Shown here: positions 17,117 to 27,353 of the stretch, one piece after another
Position numbering within the stretch: position 1 is the stretch's first letter
Layout: every line of letters starts with the position of its first letter
Virus record (IMG/VR): IMGVR_UViG_3300027921_000016
Location: 1 to 64,000 of that record
From: a virus
Direction: 5' to 3' (one strand)
DNA: 64,000 nt
Notes under the pieces: model-generated
Told to the model about the DNA's origin: nothing
Database searches by the model: none
Seen by the model: the letters and a program-made list of their open reading frames with translations, nothing else
Program-made: the position numbers and the translations under genes

Positions 17117-17722
17117 TCATCTACCCTCCTGGGGAAAGAACTCCCGTATGTCATTCCACTCTACACCCTCGATGGCCCTCACATACATGTAGGTCAAGGC
17201 ACTGAAATCCAAGGCCGGTACATCCTGTACAGTAGAGAGATCGCACAAACTCGGGTCGTCGCTGATGTTGAAGTACAACCGACATGATAACGGTCGTATC
17301 TGGTATATCGAGCACTTACCGTCCTCCAGAAAAGGACAGGGTACCCGCATGTACTTCGTAACCACCAGGCTACGGTCCAACTCCATCCTGGCAAACACCA
17401 TCTTCCTGCCCGTACTCTGGGCGATACGCTTGGCCTCCTCGGTATGGATGGTAACCGCCTGATGGCAACAGTGACTACACCCCTTCCGGCATGCCGTATG
17501 AGGCAAGACCGCCCGCTGCACACGCTCTGCGAGCACAAAGAACTTGGTGACCCTCTGCTTGTTCGTGCCCTCAGGCTCTTCACGAAATGGCCTGGAATTG
17601 AGCAAGGCGTCCAGTATAGGCTCGACAGCCGCAACATTGTCTTCTACTTGTTGATGCACAGTGCGCAGCACAGCTACCTCCAGAAAGGGGTGTACAAACG
17701 GGCTTCTCGTTTGGTTATCCAA
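17117..17722 (-). CDS. YkgJ-family cysteine cluster protein
   Basis: CRKGCSHCC...CPFL...CSIYQIRPLSCRLY. Confidence 0.85.
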   Translation of the reverse strand: MDNQTRSPFVHPFLEVAVLRTVHQQVEDNVAAVEPILDALLNSRPFREEPEGTNKQRVTKFFVLAERVQRAVLPHTACRKGCSHCCHQAVTIHTEEAKRIAQSTGRKMVFARMELDRSLVVTKYMRVPCPFLEDGKCSIYQIRPLSCRLYFNISDDPSLCDLSTVQDVPALDFSALTYMYVRAIEGVEWNDIREFFPQEGR

Positions 17723-18027
17723 ACTCTAAGGGTCACGCCCGTGGGGGATGTGAGAACAGTCTTGCCACCCTGGATGTGCGAGGCTACCTGATAGGTGTCG
17801 CCTGATTCCTTGTTCTCCAACATTAGCGTACCTTTCTTACCTGCTGAAAGCTCCGCCAGGGCATCGAGAATCGTGTACTCCAGCTTATCGGGCTCCAACA
17901 GGGACACTGCCGGTTCTCCTGTGCTGGTAGGCACTTTCACCTCCGTAGGTAACCACGGTACCATGGTGGGTGCCACACCTACGGAGGATCCCTCGGCAAC
18001 CACTTTTACTCCAATAACCAAGCCCAT
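17674..18027 (-). CDS. Hypothetical protein
   Basis: 117 aa, AAGGAG SD. Confidence 0.65.
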   Translation of the reverse strand: MGLVIGVKVVAEGSSVGVAPTMVPWLPTEVKVPTSTGEPAVSLLEPDKLEYTILDALAELSAGKKGTLMLENKESGDTYQVASHIQGGKTVLTSPTGVTLRVWITKREARLYTPFWR

Positions 18028-18338
18028 TTGCTACTCCTTAGCAGTGTCACTGGTGGACTACCTCTGCGGCAACGATGGAGGGGCATCGCTGTTTTGTGAA
18101 CACGACTTACAAGGTAGTCCACCAGTGCCCCCTGTTTCCAAGGGGCGTGGCCCAGGCAGCTTCAGGTCCTAACGCTGACAGCTTGGGCCTGCCGGCGATC
18201 ACGTTTCAGATCATCAGATTCCAGATGGTGCAGGTCGGCGTTCGCATGGATGACTCCTAAAAAGTTGGACTGCATTCTACGTATCCCACGATTCGGGGAA
18301 GACAGGGCCTGTCGTGGCGCAGGCCCTCCCGCATTCGG

Positions 18339-19172
18339 TTACTGCATGGACTCGGGGACGTTCACCTTCATGTCGATCTCGGGCCAGATTTCGGAGATAG
18401 CGGTCAGCGCCTCCTTCCACCCCGCACCCTTGATCACGGACTGGACATCCACGTTGGCGGAGGACACCGTGCCGCCCAGATAGCCGGCGCAGATGTTCTC
18501 CAGGGCGACGGTATCGAACTCCGAGCCCAGTTCCCCCTTGGCCTTGGACAGCGCCGCCTGCACGATCTCCGACTGATCCATGGACAGCTTGAAGGTCATT
18601 TTCACGACCGCATCCGTGGTGGTGGTGGAGGTCTCACCGGTAGGGGACATCGTGGCCTTGAGTGCAGCCAGGAGTTCCAGAACCGTGAGCTTCTCGGCCT
18701 TGGCGACCCACTCGTCCACGTTGTCTAGTGTAAGGATCGGGGCGAGGTCCTTGAGTTTGGTCCAACCCAGGTGGCCGACCTTTTCCCAGGGAATCTGCTT
18801 GGTTACCAGATCGGTGTAGATGGCCATGAGGTACGCGGCTTTCCGGCCTTGGAAGCCGTACTTCTCGAAGACAAAGGTATTGAAGTCCGCGTAGCCCTCG
18901 AACCAACTGTTGTCCGAGATCAGCTTCAGAATACCGCCGAGCTTGAAGTAATTGGTTTCGATGTTCTCGGCCAGGTCGTCAGCCAGGTTCAGAGCCTTGA
19001 TCTTGGTCAGGCCTTCTACTTCTACCGCGATGTCCTGGATCAGGTTGCCGGTCTTCGCGGGTTTGACTTTGGCCTTACCAACGGCAACAGTTTCGGCCAC
19101 TTGTTCGGTGGCGGCAGAGCCTTCGACTACGGGTTCGGTACCGGTGGTTTCAACAGCGTCGTTCATGTTCAC
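18339..19172 (-). CDS. Probable DNA-binding protein (DUF3102-like middle region)
   Basis: YFKLGGIL...GYADFNTFV...GFQGRKAAYLMAIY...LGWTKL; own promoter; hairpin AGGGCCTG/CAGGCCCT after the stop. Confidence 0.55.
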   Translation of the reverse strand: MNMNDAVETTGTEPVVEGSAATEQVAETVAVGKAKVKPAKTGNLIQDIAVEVEGLTKIKALNLADDLAENIETNYFKLGGILKLISDNSWFEGYADFNTFVFEKYGFQGRKAAYLMAIYTDLVTKQIPWEKVGHLGWTKLKDLAPILTLDNVDEWVAKAEKLTVLELLAALKATMSPTGETSTTTTDAVVKMTFKLSMDQSEIVQAALSKAKGELGSEFDTVALENICAGYLGGTVSSANVDVQSVIKGAGWKEALTAISEIWPEIDMKVNVPESMQ

Positions 19173-19204
19173 TCCTTAAGTGGTTTGGTAATAATGCAGT
19201 CTTT

Positions 19205-19232
19205 ACTGTATCACAATTAAAAAGTTTGTCAA
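19205..19232 (-). promoter_or_regulatory. Sigma70-like early promoter
   Basis: TTGACA-AACTTTTTAATTGTGA-TACAGT; 14-mer 8 bp upstream. Confidence 0.8.
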
Positions 19233-19255
19233 GTGTTTACTGCAATTGATTGCAG

Positions 19256-19510
19256 CTACGGGACTACCTGCCAGTCCTCAGCCAACATATCGGTCTGGCT
19301 GGCTAACCAGGGTACGCGGGCGTTGAGGTGGCTGACAGGAGCCGTATCACTTGCGGGGGTGCCTGGGTAAGACATGTACAGATAGGGCAGGGTCATCTTG
19401 CTGTTGGCGTCCGGGACCTGGAGTTCAACCGTCAACCCCTTACCGTTCCACCCTGCCCGCTGTACCTTCTTACCCTCCTTCATGGCCTCGATTGCCTGAC
19501 CGAAGTTCAT
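19256..19510 (-). CDS. tad2: DUF2829 / Thoeris anti-defence Tad2-like protein
   Basis: MNFGQAIEAMKEGKKVQRAGWNGKG...PWLASQTDMLAEDW. Confidence 0.85.
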   Translation of the reverse strand: MNFGQAIEAMKEGKKVQRAGWNGKGLTVELQVPDANSKMTLPYLYMSYPGTPASDTAPVSHLNARVPWLASQTDMLAEDWQVVP

Positions 19511-20235
19511 GCTGCCACCTGCTCGCCTGCGGCCTTGGCCTTCTCCACTTCCGTGGCGGTATCCTTGTCGGCCAAGGCCTTGTCCTGGTCGAAGAAACCG
19601 TCGCCATAACGATGTGCCAGCTTGGCGATGTTCCCAGCGAACACCCCCTCCGGGGGCTGGCCAAACATGTCGTAGACCAGACGGAAGTACAGGTCAAGAG
19701 CCGAAGCGACCAAGGTGGCCAGCGTGGCTTCTCGTTCGGTATCCATCACCGCCTGGGCTTCAAGGTCGGGGACCTTGACCACCTTGGGCGGCAGGACCGC
19801 GCCGTTGGGGGCCTTGCGCTCTGCGCGCTGGAAGTCCTTGAGAGCGACCCCGTACATGTATTTCTTGGCCTGCCCCAGGATATCCACGGCAATGCCGTTC
19901 AGGGTCAGGAGGGCCAGGCCTCGGGTGCCCACGAGCTTGATCTTCTTGCCAGAACCGGGAACATGGACCTTGAGCATCTTGGCAGCCACGATCAGGTAGT
20001 AGCCCAGGTCGCCCAGTTCCTGGAAGGCGTTGTCCTTGGCCTCTTGAGTGGCCTTGCCTTCCAGCAAGTAAGGAGTCATACCCTGGAGCAGTTCACCGGC
20101 CTCGGTGGCGATGCCCAGGCAGGCGTGGAAGAGGTTAGTGCGATGGGTATTGCGTGCGACGTGCTTGAGGCCTAGTTTCGCCGGAGCGACAGCCAGGGTT
20201 TTGAACACATTAGCACGGTAGGTTGTGGTCTTCAT
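19507..20235 (-). CDS. MazG-like nucleotide pyrophosphohydrolase
   Basis: LGIATEAGELL, QELGDLGYY, NIAKLAHRY..GF. Confidence 0.8.
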   Translation of the reverse strand: MKTTTYRANVFKTLAVAPAKLGLKHVARNTHRTNLFHACLGIATEAGELLQGMTPYLLEGKATQEAKDNAFQELGDLGYYLIVAAKMLKVHVPGSGKKIKLVGTRGLALLTLNGIAVDILGQAKKYMYGVALKDFQRAERKAPNGAVLPPKVVKVPDLEAQAVMDTEREATLATLVASALDLYFRLVYDMFGQPPEGVFAGNIAKLAHRYGDGFFDQDKALADKDTATEVEKAKAAGEQVAA

Positions 20236-20254
20236 GACAACACTCCATTGGTGG

Positions 20255-20752
20255 TTAAAACAGCCGATGTACCCCATTGAGACCTGAGGTACCTCCTGTA
20301 GTCGCTACCTGTAGCCCTAGCCTAGCTAGAGCGTAGGCATCAACTATGTCATCCGATGAGCTAGTATACCCCCACCGGTCCTTTACTACTTCTGCCATAC
20401 GCACCTTATCAGCAGTACCCTTACCTGTCACCCATTTTTTCAAAGTAGTGGGCGGGCACTCCCAGGTGGGGATACGGGTAGCGTATAGCGTATGGCGTAT
20501 TATACTACCTATCTCAACTAGAGTCACAAGAGAATGCCTGTTGCCATAAGCATAGCCTTCGATCATGATGAGATCAGGGGCGGCCAAGACCCCCGTCCGC
20601 AACACCTCATCTGCAATTGATTGCAGGCGACGATAGCCTGTCTGCCCGTTAAACGCTATGGTTTTGCCTATAGCCGATACCTCCAACTGCCCCTCGACTA
20701 CCAGCTTCACCACCCCCGTACAGGTGGAAGGGTCCAGGCCAAGTATTTTCAT
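20255..20752 (-). CDS. ruvC: RuvC-like Holliday junction resolvase
   Basis: ILGLDPS, IEGY, KKWVTGKG.ADK, DIVDAYALA. Confidence 0.85.
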   Translation of the reverse strand: MKILGLDPSTCTGVVKLVVEGQLEVSAIGKTIAFNGQTGYRRLQSIADEVLRTGVLAAPDLIMIEGYAYGNRHSLVTLVEIGSIIRHTLYATRIPTWECPPTTLKKWVTGKGTADKVRMAEVVKDRWGYTSSSDDIVDAYALARLGLQVATTGGTSGLNGVHRLF

Positions 20753-21603
20753 ACGGCCATAGGGGCACTGATTGCAGGGTGTGATTGATAGCCCTCCAAC
20801 TGTATGTCTTCCGGCAACAGGCGCAGCAGGTACTCCATTGGCGTCCGCTCAGGGGCCTTCTCCGGTATCACCAACGTCGGTAACGGGAACGGCGCCCTAC
20901 TACACTGCGCATCCGCCTGCTCCATGTGGTTGGCGTACACATGGACATCCGATAGCATCATCACCAGTTTGCCTGGAAGGCGCCCAGTGGCCTTGGCCAC
21001 CAAATGCAGGAGCAGCGCGTAACTGGCGATATTAAAAGGGATGCCCAGGAACATGTCACAGGACCGCTGGAACATAACGAGGTCCAGGGTGTTGTACTCG
21101 ATATCCACTAGGTACTGGTGCAGTACATGGCAAGGCGGCAAGGCCATCTGATCCAGTTCGGCGGGGTTCCAGGCGTTCACGATGATCCTGCGGCTACTCG
21201 GGTTGGACACGATGTCATCCAGGGCGTTCTGCAACTGGTCCACCCTCTGCCCTATTGCCCCTCTCCATTGCCGCCATTGCATGCCGTATATGCGGCCAAG
21301 GTCGTCTTCCCCCCTGCGGAAGCGACTTGCAAGCCACTGCCTGTTCTCATTGGCATTCTGATCCCAGATTCTGCAACCCAGGTAGCGAAACTCGGAGGCC
21401 CTGGAGTACCCCCGGATGAATCCCAGGAGCTCCGCCTTCACAGCCCCGAAGGCCAACTTCTTGGTGGTAACCGCAGGAAAGCCGTCAACCATACTGAACT
21501 CCAGCATGGCCCCAGCCTTACGGTAAGTGGGGATACCCGTCCGGTTCAGTTGTTTCCTGCCGGTTGTAGCGACATCTGCCAACAAATCCAAATACTTTTT
21601 CAT
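20749..21603 (-). CDS. thyA: Thymidylate synthase
   Basis: LPPCH, QRSCDMFLGIPFNIASY, DVHVYANH, C-terminal PMAV. Confidence 0.97.
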   Translation of the reverse strand: MKKYLDLLADVATTGRKQLNRTGIPTYRKAGAMLEFSMVDGFPAVTTKKLAFGAVKAELLGFIRGYSRASEFRYLGCRIWDQNANENRQWLASRFRRGEDDLGRIYGMQWRQWRGAIGQRVDQLQNALDDIVSNPSSRRIIVNAWNPAELDQMALPPCHVLHQYLVDIEYNTLDLVMFQRSCDMFLGIPFNIASYALLLHLVAKATGRLPGKLVMMLSDVHVYANHMEQADAQCSRAPFPLPTLVIPEKAPERTPMEYLLRLLPEDIQLEGYQSHPAISAPMAV

Positions 21604-22499
21604 GCTAATACCTCAAGTTCGGTGGGGTTGAACGTGGCCTTGTACATGCCTGAAAAACACTGCTTACACACAGAACAGGCTTTAGCCTGCTTATCCAGGG
21701 CGGTTGAACACACCCCAGAAGGGTACACCCCTTTCTGACCCATACCCACGGCCATACCTTGTTGCAGGTAGGGTATCAGGTCTTTGTCATCTCGCTTAAC
21801 CACGTACTCCTTGAACGGCAGTATCTCATCCAGAGTCTCGTGCTTCTTTCCATACCCCCGACTCACATAAAGGACTCGCCCCTCATGCAGATTGATCCTG
21901 TCCTTCCAAACGGAGGAGCTATCTGCAATCAATTTCAGGTACAGGTTGGTACGAATGCGGTGCTCGGGCAAAGGCACCTTAATGGTGGCGAAGTCGTCAA
22001 CATTCAGAATTTTTAACTCCACTACCTGCCACTTATGGCCCCCAAGATCGGCTAGTAGATCAACGCTGCCGGATATCCCAAACTGGGGACTCACAAACAC
22101 AGGCTCCACGTACCTCCAATGGTGAGTGCCTGAGTGAGAGGAGCATCCGGAGGTGCCTGGCTTGGAGGTCATCGAGGCCGTGGCTCCACAGGAGGCGCAG
22201 AACCAGTTGCCTATCGCGTATTCCCGCATCCACTCCTCAACCACCAGCCTGGCCGTGGCATTTCCCACATCAAACGTGGCCTGTAGTGCTGCCGTTACAT
22301 ACTGGTCTTTGAGAGGCTTATGCTCCTCCCGGAGGATCACCCATTTACGAGCACAGAACCTCGGCTTCGTAATGTCGGAAGCATGTAGAACCTGTATGTC
22401 CCTAGCAGGCTGCCACCCTCCCAGGTTCTTCCTGAGTAGGTCAATGACCCCTTTCTTAGGTGCCTGGGCGTTGGCCACTGCTACTTTAAGCCAGGACAT
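21600..22499 (-). CDS. Cas4-like PD-(D/E)XK exonuclease
   Basis: HASD...C.R; GSVD...VELK; LYL; C-terminal CxxCxxC. Confidence 0.75.
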   Translation of the reverse strand: MSWLKVAVANAQAPKKGVIDLLRKNLGGWQPARDIQVLHASDITKPRFCARKWVILREEHKPLKDQYVTAALQATFDVGNATARLVVEEWMREYAIGNWFCASCGATASMTSKPGTSGCSSHSGTHHWRYVEPVFVSPQFGISGSVDLLADLGGHKWQVVELKILNVDDFATIKVPLPEHRIRTNLYLKLIADSSSVWKDRINLHEGRVLYVSRGYGKKHETLDEILPFKEYVVKRDDKDLIPYLQQGMAVGMGQKGVYPSGVCSTALDKQAKACSVCKQCFSGMYKATFNPTELEVLA

Positions 22500-22876
22500 T
22501 CCAGGGCCTCCAGTAGTTCATGAAAGAACGACTTGGGTAACGCCACCCACTCCGAATTGAAGTCAGAACGAGGGTTGCCGTCAGGACGTACAAAACTGAG
22601 GGTAACAGCGGGAATAGAAGCATCAGCCAGACTCTCCTTACTGATCTTGGTCAGCCATGCGAGGTCCAGGGGCAGAGAGGTGTTGACTGTGCTCTTACTC
22701 TCGATCCTGAACTTCCAATCCCCCACCCGCTTGAGCATGTCACTCTTGGAGTGGCTAATAGCCCCAGACGCAGGTTGCATCCTAGCGGCTAAGGACTTGC
22801 CGATACGGGCCTCACTGGCATTCCCGTGACCGATCTTGCCCTTGGCGGCTATCCTCCTCAGAAAAGGACTGTCCAT
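22481..22876 (-). CDS. PD-(D/E)XK endonuclease, Hjc-like
   Basis: E...ASGA...KSD...IESKST. Confidence 0.65.
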   Translation of the reverse strand: MDSPFLRRIAAKGKIGHGNASEARIGKSLAARMQPASGAISHSKSDMLKRVGDWKFRIESKSTVNTSLPLDLAWLTKISKESLADASIPAVTLSFVRPDGNPRSDFNSEWVALPKSFFHELLEALECPGLK

Positions 22877-22878
22877 CA

Positions 22879-23082
22879 CTACTCCCCCGCAATACGTTCG
22901 AGGATTTCTCGCTGCTTCGGACTGATATACATCCTCTTCCCGTATTCCTCCCACTTGGATACCATGGTGGTCATGAACTCGGTCTCAAAATCATTGGCAG
23001 CATTCCCCTCTGCCTCATCCAAGAGGTCTTGGAATTCGTCATCAGTATAGAAGTCCTGTACCCGCTCATCCTGTCCCATCAT
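22879..23082 (-). CDS. Small acidic hypothetical protein
   Basis: 67 aa, coupled to recA. Confidence 0.65.
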   Translation of the reverse strand: MMGQDERVQDFYTDDEFQDLLDEAEGNAANDFETEFMTTMVSKWEEYGKRMYISPKQREILERIAGE

Positions 23083-24230
23083 TGCTCCTGCTCTACGAAG
23101 GTCATCTTGTCCTTGAATGCCTCGATCACCAAACGCTGTAGCTCAAGAGCGAAGTGTGGCTCGGCCTCATACGTATCTTGGATTGGCACCAAGGTCTTGT
23201 ACAGCTTGTTCTGCAACAGCCACCCTGCTGAAACCTTCTGCAAGATACCCAACTGCTTCAGATGGTTGGCCACGGTGTTCCAGCTATTCACCTGCCCAAC
23301 CATCAAGCCATTATGGGGGTACACACACATATCGTAGCCGAAGCTGGTCTTGATCACCGGCACCTTGGCCTTCTTGATCTCAGCCGTGGTCTCCTTGAAC
23401 GCCGGTACGTCCGGAGAGATTTCCTTCACGATCTTGTTCTTGGCGCTCAGGCGCACGCTCAGAGAGTACGCGAAGTCCTTGGCCTTACCCCCTGGGCAAA
23501 TTTCCGGGTTACCGAACATCACGCCGATCTTGTATCGGATTTGATTGATGAACACCACTGCCGGTTGATGCCCTCGACGCTCTTCCTTGGTCAGGGCGAT
23601 TACCAGTTTGTTGATCATTCTCTTGGCCAGGATACTGGTGGTCCCGACATCGTACTTCTCACTGGACTGTTCAACTTCCTTGATAGCCACAAGATTGGCG
23701 ATGGAGTCCACGACTATCAACGCCACGTCCTCGGCGTATACCAGGGCGTCAATCAAGTCAACTGCTTCCTCTCCATAGGCGGGCTGCACCAACACCAGCT
23801 CATCCAGGTCGATACCAAACATCGCTGCCCACACAGGATCAATAGTGTGTTCCAGGTCGATGTACACCGCTTTATTACAGGGGGGTGGCTGCCTCTGCGC
23901 CTGGGCAATGGCCATATAACACAGGGCGGTCTTACCTGATCCCTCAAGGCCGTAAACGTTGGAAATCCGGCTCAAGGGGAATCCACCCCCGGTTGCGAAA
24001 TCGAAGTCGAAATTGCCAGTGGGCAGCCTCTTGATCTTCGGCACCTGCCGACCGTTTACCACCACCTTGTCCCCCTTCTCCTTGCGAATCTGGGCAAGAA
24101 TGGCGGAAAGCTCCGTCTGCTTCTTCGGTGCAGCCGCCGTAGGGGCACTTTCAGGCTCTGCAATTGATTGCACACCCGGTACAACCGGTTCGTCACCAAT
24201 AGTCAGGCCCATGTCAGCCTCCTTTGGCAT
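23079..24230 (-). CDS. recA: RecA-family recombinase
   Basis: YGLEGSGKT, YIDLEH, VVDSIA, FINQIR.KIGVMFGNPE..PGG. Confidence 0.95.
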   Translation of the reverse strand: MPKEADMGLTIGDEPVVPGVQSIAEPESAPTAAAPKKQTELSAILAQIRKEKGDKVVVNGRQVPKIKRLPTGNFDFDFATGGGFPLSRISNVYGLEGSGKTALCYMAIAQAQRQPPPCNKAVYIDLEHTIDPVWAAMFGIDLDELVLVQPAYGEEAVDLIDALVYAEDVALIVVDSIANLVAIKEVEQSSEKYDVGTTSILAKRMINKLVIALTKEERRGHQPAVVFINQIRYKIGVMFGNPEICPGGKAKDFAYSLSVRLSAKNKIVKEISPDVPAFKETTAEIKKAKVPVIKTSFGYDMCVYPHNGLMVGQVNSWNTVANHLKQLGILQKVSAGWLLQNKLYKTLVPIQDTYEAEPHFALELQRLVIEAFKDKMTFVEQEQ

Positions 24231-24579
24231 CAGCTACCGCTTCTTTGATCTTTCCACTGACCCAGTCAGTGCCCCAGGCATACACCTCCTCCAGGGTCTT
24301 GCTGGTACAGGGTATGCGGATTGTGACCGCGATGCGGGCACTCTCGTAGTTCCCGAGATTGATTGTGGCTCCGCCTTCGATCTGAATATGGATCAGCTCC
24401 CCTTCGGACAAGACAACCCCAGGGTGCAATTGCTCTTCAGACGAATGCCCGAGCTTCTCCTCGGCTTTTCCTGACTTCTTGAGCACCGAGACTTCCCCCA
24501 CTAGGGGGGAGCTATCCAGATGCTTGGCGTACTCGGAAACCATAGAGGGTGTAGACTTCTTACCAAACTTGACGGGCAT
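24214..24579 (-). CDS. Hypothetical protein
   Basis: TINLGNYESARI pattern; operon context. Confidence 0.7.
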   Translation of the reverse strand: MPVKFGKKSTPSMVSEYAKHLDSSPLVGEVSVLKKSGKAEEKLGHSSEEQLHPGVVLSEGELIHIQIEGGATINLGNYESARIAVTIRIPCTSKTLEEVYAWGTDWVSGKIKEAVADAKGG

Positions 24580-24583
24580 GATG

Positions 24584-25000
24584 TCAGCTCCAGTTGACCA
24601 GAATCAGGGACTTGAGGTCATCGAACTCAGCGGCAGTTCGATGGCCGATACGCGGGTGCCCCTGTCGAAACTCCGCTAGTCTGGCGAGTAGCGATACCTG
24701 TGCAGCAGAAAACCAGAACTTGCCCCCATGGGAATAGGGCTCGGGAAAATCCCCCTGCCTGCGCCACTCCCGGAGCTGAAACACGGTCACTCCAATATCC
24801 TCGGCAACTCGCTCGAAGGTGAGATCGTATCCGTACAGTTTGTCCGGTCCGCGAATCAGGGCTCGACGCTCGGCAGACCGAGCCTTTACCTGTTCACGGT
24901 ACTGGATATCCTCCCTATACTTCTTCTTACGTTTTTCCGCAAGCTCGCCCGAGTGGGTGGCGTACCATTTCTTGAAGGGGGTTACAGGTGCTTCACTCAT
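24584..25000 (-). CDS. HTH DNA-binding protein (MerR/AlpA-like)
   Basis: TFERVAEDIGVTVFQLREWRRQGDFPEP. Confidence 0.7.
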   Translation of the reverse strand: MSEAPVTPFKKWYATHSGELAEKRKKKYREDIQYREQVKARSAERRALIRGPDKLYGYDLTFERVAEDIGVTVFQLREWRRQGDFPEPYSHGGKFWFSAAQVSLLARLAEFRQGHPRIGHRTAAEFDDLKSLILVNWS

Positions 25001-25001
25001 A

Positions 25002-27353
25002 TCATTCCATCCTAATTATGGTGGACCCGAGGGAGTAGTATTGGGTCAATCTACTGTAGAAGAAGCTGCTAAAAATCTTATCCAAGTCCAGAAGATCAAG
25101 GATGACCGGTTGCTTTTTGCCTTCCACATACCGCAGGACCCGTCCCACGGACTGCTTGATGTTCGACCTGGGAGTGGCCATCACCAGAGAATCCCAATGG
25201 GGTACGTCTGTTCCGGTGCTGCACATCTGGTAGGTGGCCAATACCACTCTACACTTCTTGGTTTGCTCAAGCTCGTGGGGCTTCATGCCACCAACGTAGT
25301 ACCCGATCTCCTGGCCGGGTATTCCCGCCATAGACAGCATCTTGAATAGCCTGTCCAGGTGGTACTCCTTCATCCCCGACAGCACCAACGTGACTCTCCC
25401 CGCCTTATACGCAGCGAGTACGAACTCAACTATCAGGGCATTCCTCCTGGTAGACGCAGCCTGGGCCTTGGTTACCAACATCATCCGGCCTGGGGAATGC
25501 GGTATCTGCGTATCCCCCCAATTGGGGATCGCCCATTTGGTGGACTTCACCAGAACCTTGGGGGTCATCGGTACGGTAGTACCCTTGACCCTGACCTCCC
25601 CCATGTGCGCTTCTACAACAGCCCATTTACCGTCTGATCGGTCAGGGGTGGCGCTGAAACCCAGGCGATGACGGGCTGTCACCTTCCAGCAGATTTTCAC
25701 AAAACAATCTGCCGCCATCGTATGGACTTCATCACAAACCAGCAGCCCGAAGTACCGGTACAGTTCATCCGGGTATCTATCGGGTATGATCAAACTTTGA
25801 ACCATGCCAATAACGAACCACTTGCCTTGGTAATCGCACGTATCCTGCTGGACCTTCCCGATCTTGTTTGCCGGAATGCCCAGGATTGTATGCAAGGCCT
25901 TATACCAGTTGGCCACCAAGTCCTGCTTTTGTACCACTATGAGCGTGGGCTTACCCAGCTTTGCTGCGATAACCGCACCGCAAACAGAATTGTGGTTTAC
26001 AAAGAAGTTACCGTCCAAATACTGACGGTCCCCATCGAGCATAAATCCATAGTACTCTTCGTCCCCAATCAGATGGGCTGTAAACCCGTGCATTAGCGGG
26101 TTCTTTATCTGCTTACGAACCTCTGCCTTTTTACGAGCCAATCGACATGGGACTTTATGGGTATCCCCGGATATGCACACCCTATAGTACCCCCCCCACA
26201 CTCCATTATTGACACACTCTTTCTCACACCTAGATTTAACAGCAGCTAATCCGACAGACCAAGACAAGTAGCAAAGGTCGTCCGAAAGCTGCTCGCTCTT
26301 ACTAATGAAATCATAGGAGCCGTGATTATGATGCCCGTCTGTATCAATTAGCCCTGCAATCAATTGCAGCCTGTCCTCTACCGAGGCCGTTAAGTAGTCT
26401 ACAGGCACCCGCTTATCCGAGGACCCTTTACCGTGTACTCCCATATCTTGCAGAACATCCTTGATAGCATTACTACCGTACCCACTGGAGTCACGCCTAT
26501 CATCACTCACCGACCACCCATAATCTGTACCTCCAACCTTACGCACCTCACACCCAAACCTCAAAGCCTCAGAGTGCAGTTCGTTCACCAACTCCATATC
26601 TGCGGAGGTAAACTTCACCCCGTTCTTGATCCCCCCGTCTCCTAGCAAAAGCCCCAGAATATACGGGGTAATAGGCAAACCCCGTTCACGCTCAAACTGC
26701 ACAACAGAGGGCTTCCATAACTTGAAGCAATGCTTCTTGTACTTTGGCCACCCCAGCCAATCCTTTAGAGTTACATGAAGTACCGCACCTTTCTCCGCGT
26801 AGGTACTCCCCCCGGTACAGCGTAGAGACAGAATATGATCCTCATTACACAAGAGGACCTCGCCTCTCGGAGTACGTAATTCATAGGCAGGGGCGACACC
26901 ACTCACCAAAGACAGAACCCTGCGGGGAGTTCCGTCGGGTCCCATCAGGGCATCGCCTACCAGCACATCCTCCACTCGTTTTTTGGTCCCAGAGTACATC
27001 AGGACTTTTGTGCCCTTGATCTGACACTTCCCAAACCCTGTGGGGGCCTCAAATACATGATCCACTCCGGATTTCAACAGAGCGAGGCTGCGCGCTACTA
27101 AGACCCCTTGCTCGTCATTGGTTGGCACGAACTTACTGCAATCAATTGCAGCCGGCAGGCTAGGGTCTGCTCTCCAGTCTTCCATCCCAATCGGAGCAGT
27201 CTGCCTGGGCACGGCCAGCATATTGCCTTCTACCCTGGCCATATCAACCTCATCCCCAAACTTACTGGTGAACTTGTACACCGAATGCAATCCGGGGTTG
27301 TACTCCAGAAGCGATACCGCTGCTGTTCGTATGGGGATGAGGTTGGTCAGCAT
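25002..27353 (-). CDS. SF2 DExH helicase containing an intein
   Basis: APTGFGK|..|S, DEVH, SATPDRSDG, QSVGRVLR. Confidence 0.93.
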   Translation of the reverse strand: MLTNLIPIRTAAVSLLEYNPGLHSVYKFTSKFGDEVDMARVEGNMLAVPRQTAPIGMEDWRADPSLPAAIDCSKFVPTNDEQGVLVARSLALLKSGVDHVFEAPTGFGKCQIKGTKVLMYSGTKKRVEDVLVGDALMGPDGTPRRVLSLVSGVAPAYELRTPRGEVLLCNEDHILSLRCTGGSTYAEKGAVLHVTLKDWLGWPKYKKHCFKLWKPSVVQFERERGLPITPYILGLLLGDGGIKNGVKFTSADMELVNELHSEALRFGCEVRKVGGTDYGWSVSDDRRDSSGYGSNAIKDVLQDMGVHGKGSSDKRVPVDYLTASVEDRLQLIAGLIDTDGHHNHGSYDFISKSEQLSDDLCYLSWSVGLAAVKSRCEKECVNNGVWGGYYRVCISGDTHKVPCRLARKKAEVRKQIKNPLMHGFTAHLIGDEEYYGFMLDGDRQYLDGNFFVNHNSVCGAVIAAKLGKPTLIVVQKQDLVANWYKALHTILGIPANKIGKVQQDTCDYQGKWFVIGMVQSLIIPDRYPDELYRYFGLLVCDEVHTMAADCFVKICWKVTARHRLGFSATPDRSDGKWAVVEAHMGEVRVKGTTVPMTPKVLVKSTKWAIPNWGDTQIPHSPGRMMLVTKAQAASTRRNALIVEFVLAAYKAGRVTLVLSGMKEYHLDRLFKMLSMAGIPGQEIGYYVGGMKPHELEQTKKCRVVLATYQMCSTGTDVPHWDSLVMATPRSNIKQSVGRVLRYVEGKKQPVILDLLDLDKIFSSFFYSRLTQYYSLGSTIIRME
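25989..27026 (-). mobile_element. Class 1 intein (346 aa) with LAGLIDADG endonuclease, inserted at Walker A
   Basis: C1 (CQIKGT), CNEDHIL, LGLLLGDG, IAGLIDTDG, VNHN|S. Confidence 0.93.

Noticed and set aside
16938-17120. 60-aa ORF running into the tRNA
   Set aside because: It overlaps the tRNA and has no recognisable motif; not enough support despite the ATGA overlap.
20749-21603. ThyA as a dCMP hydroxymethylase supplying a glycosylation acceptor
   Set aside because: It retains canonical PFN (Asn, dUMP-specific) and the normal ThyA C-terminus.
21600-22499. CRISPR-Cas system from the Cas4-like gene
   Set aside because: No array or other cas genes; it sits in a recombination module.
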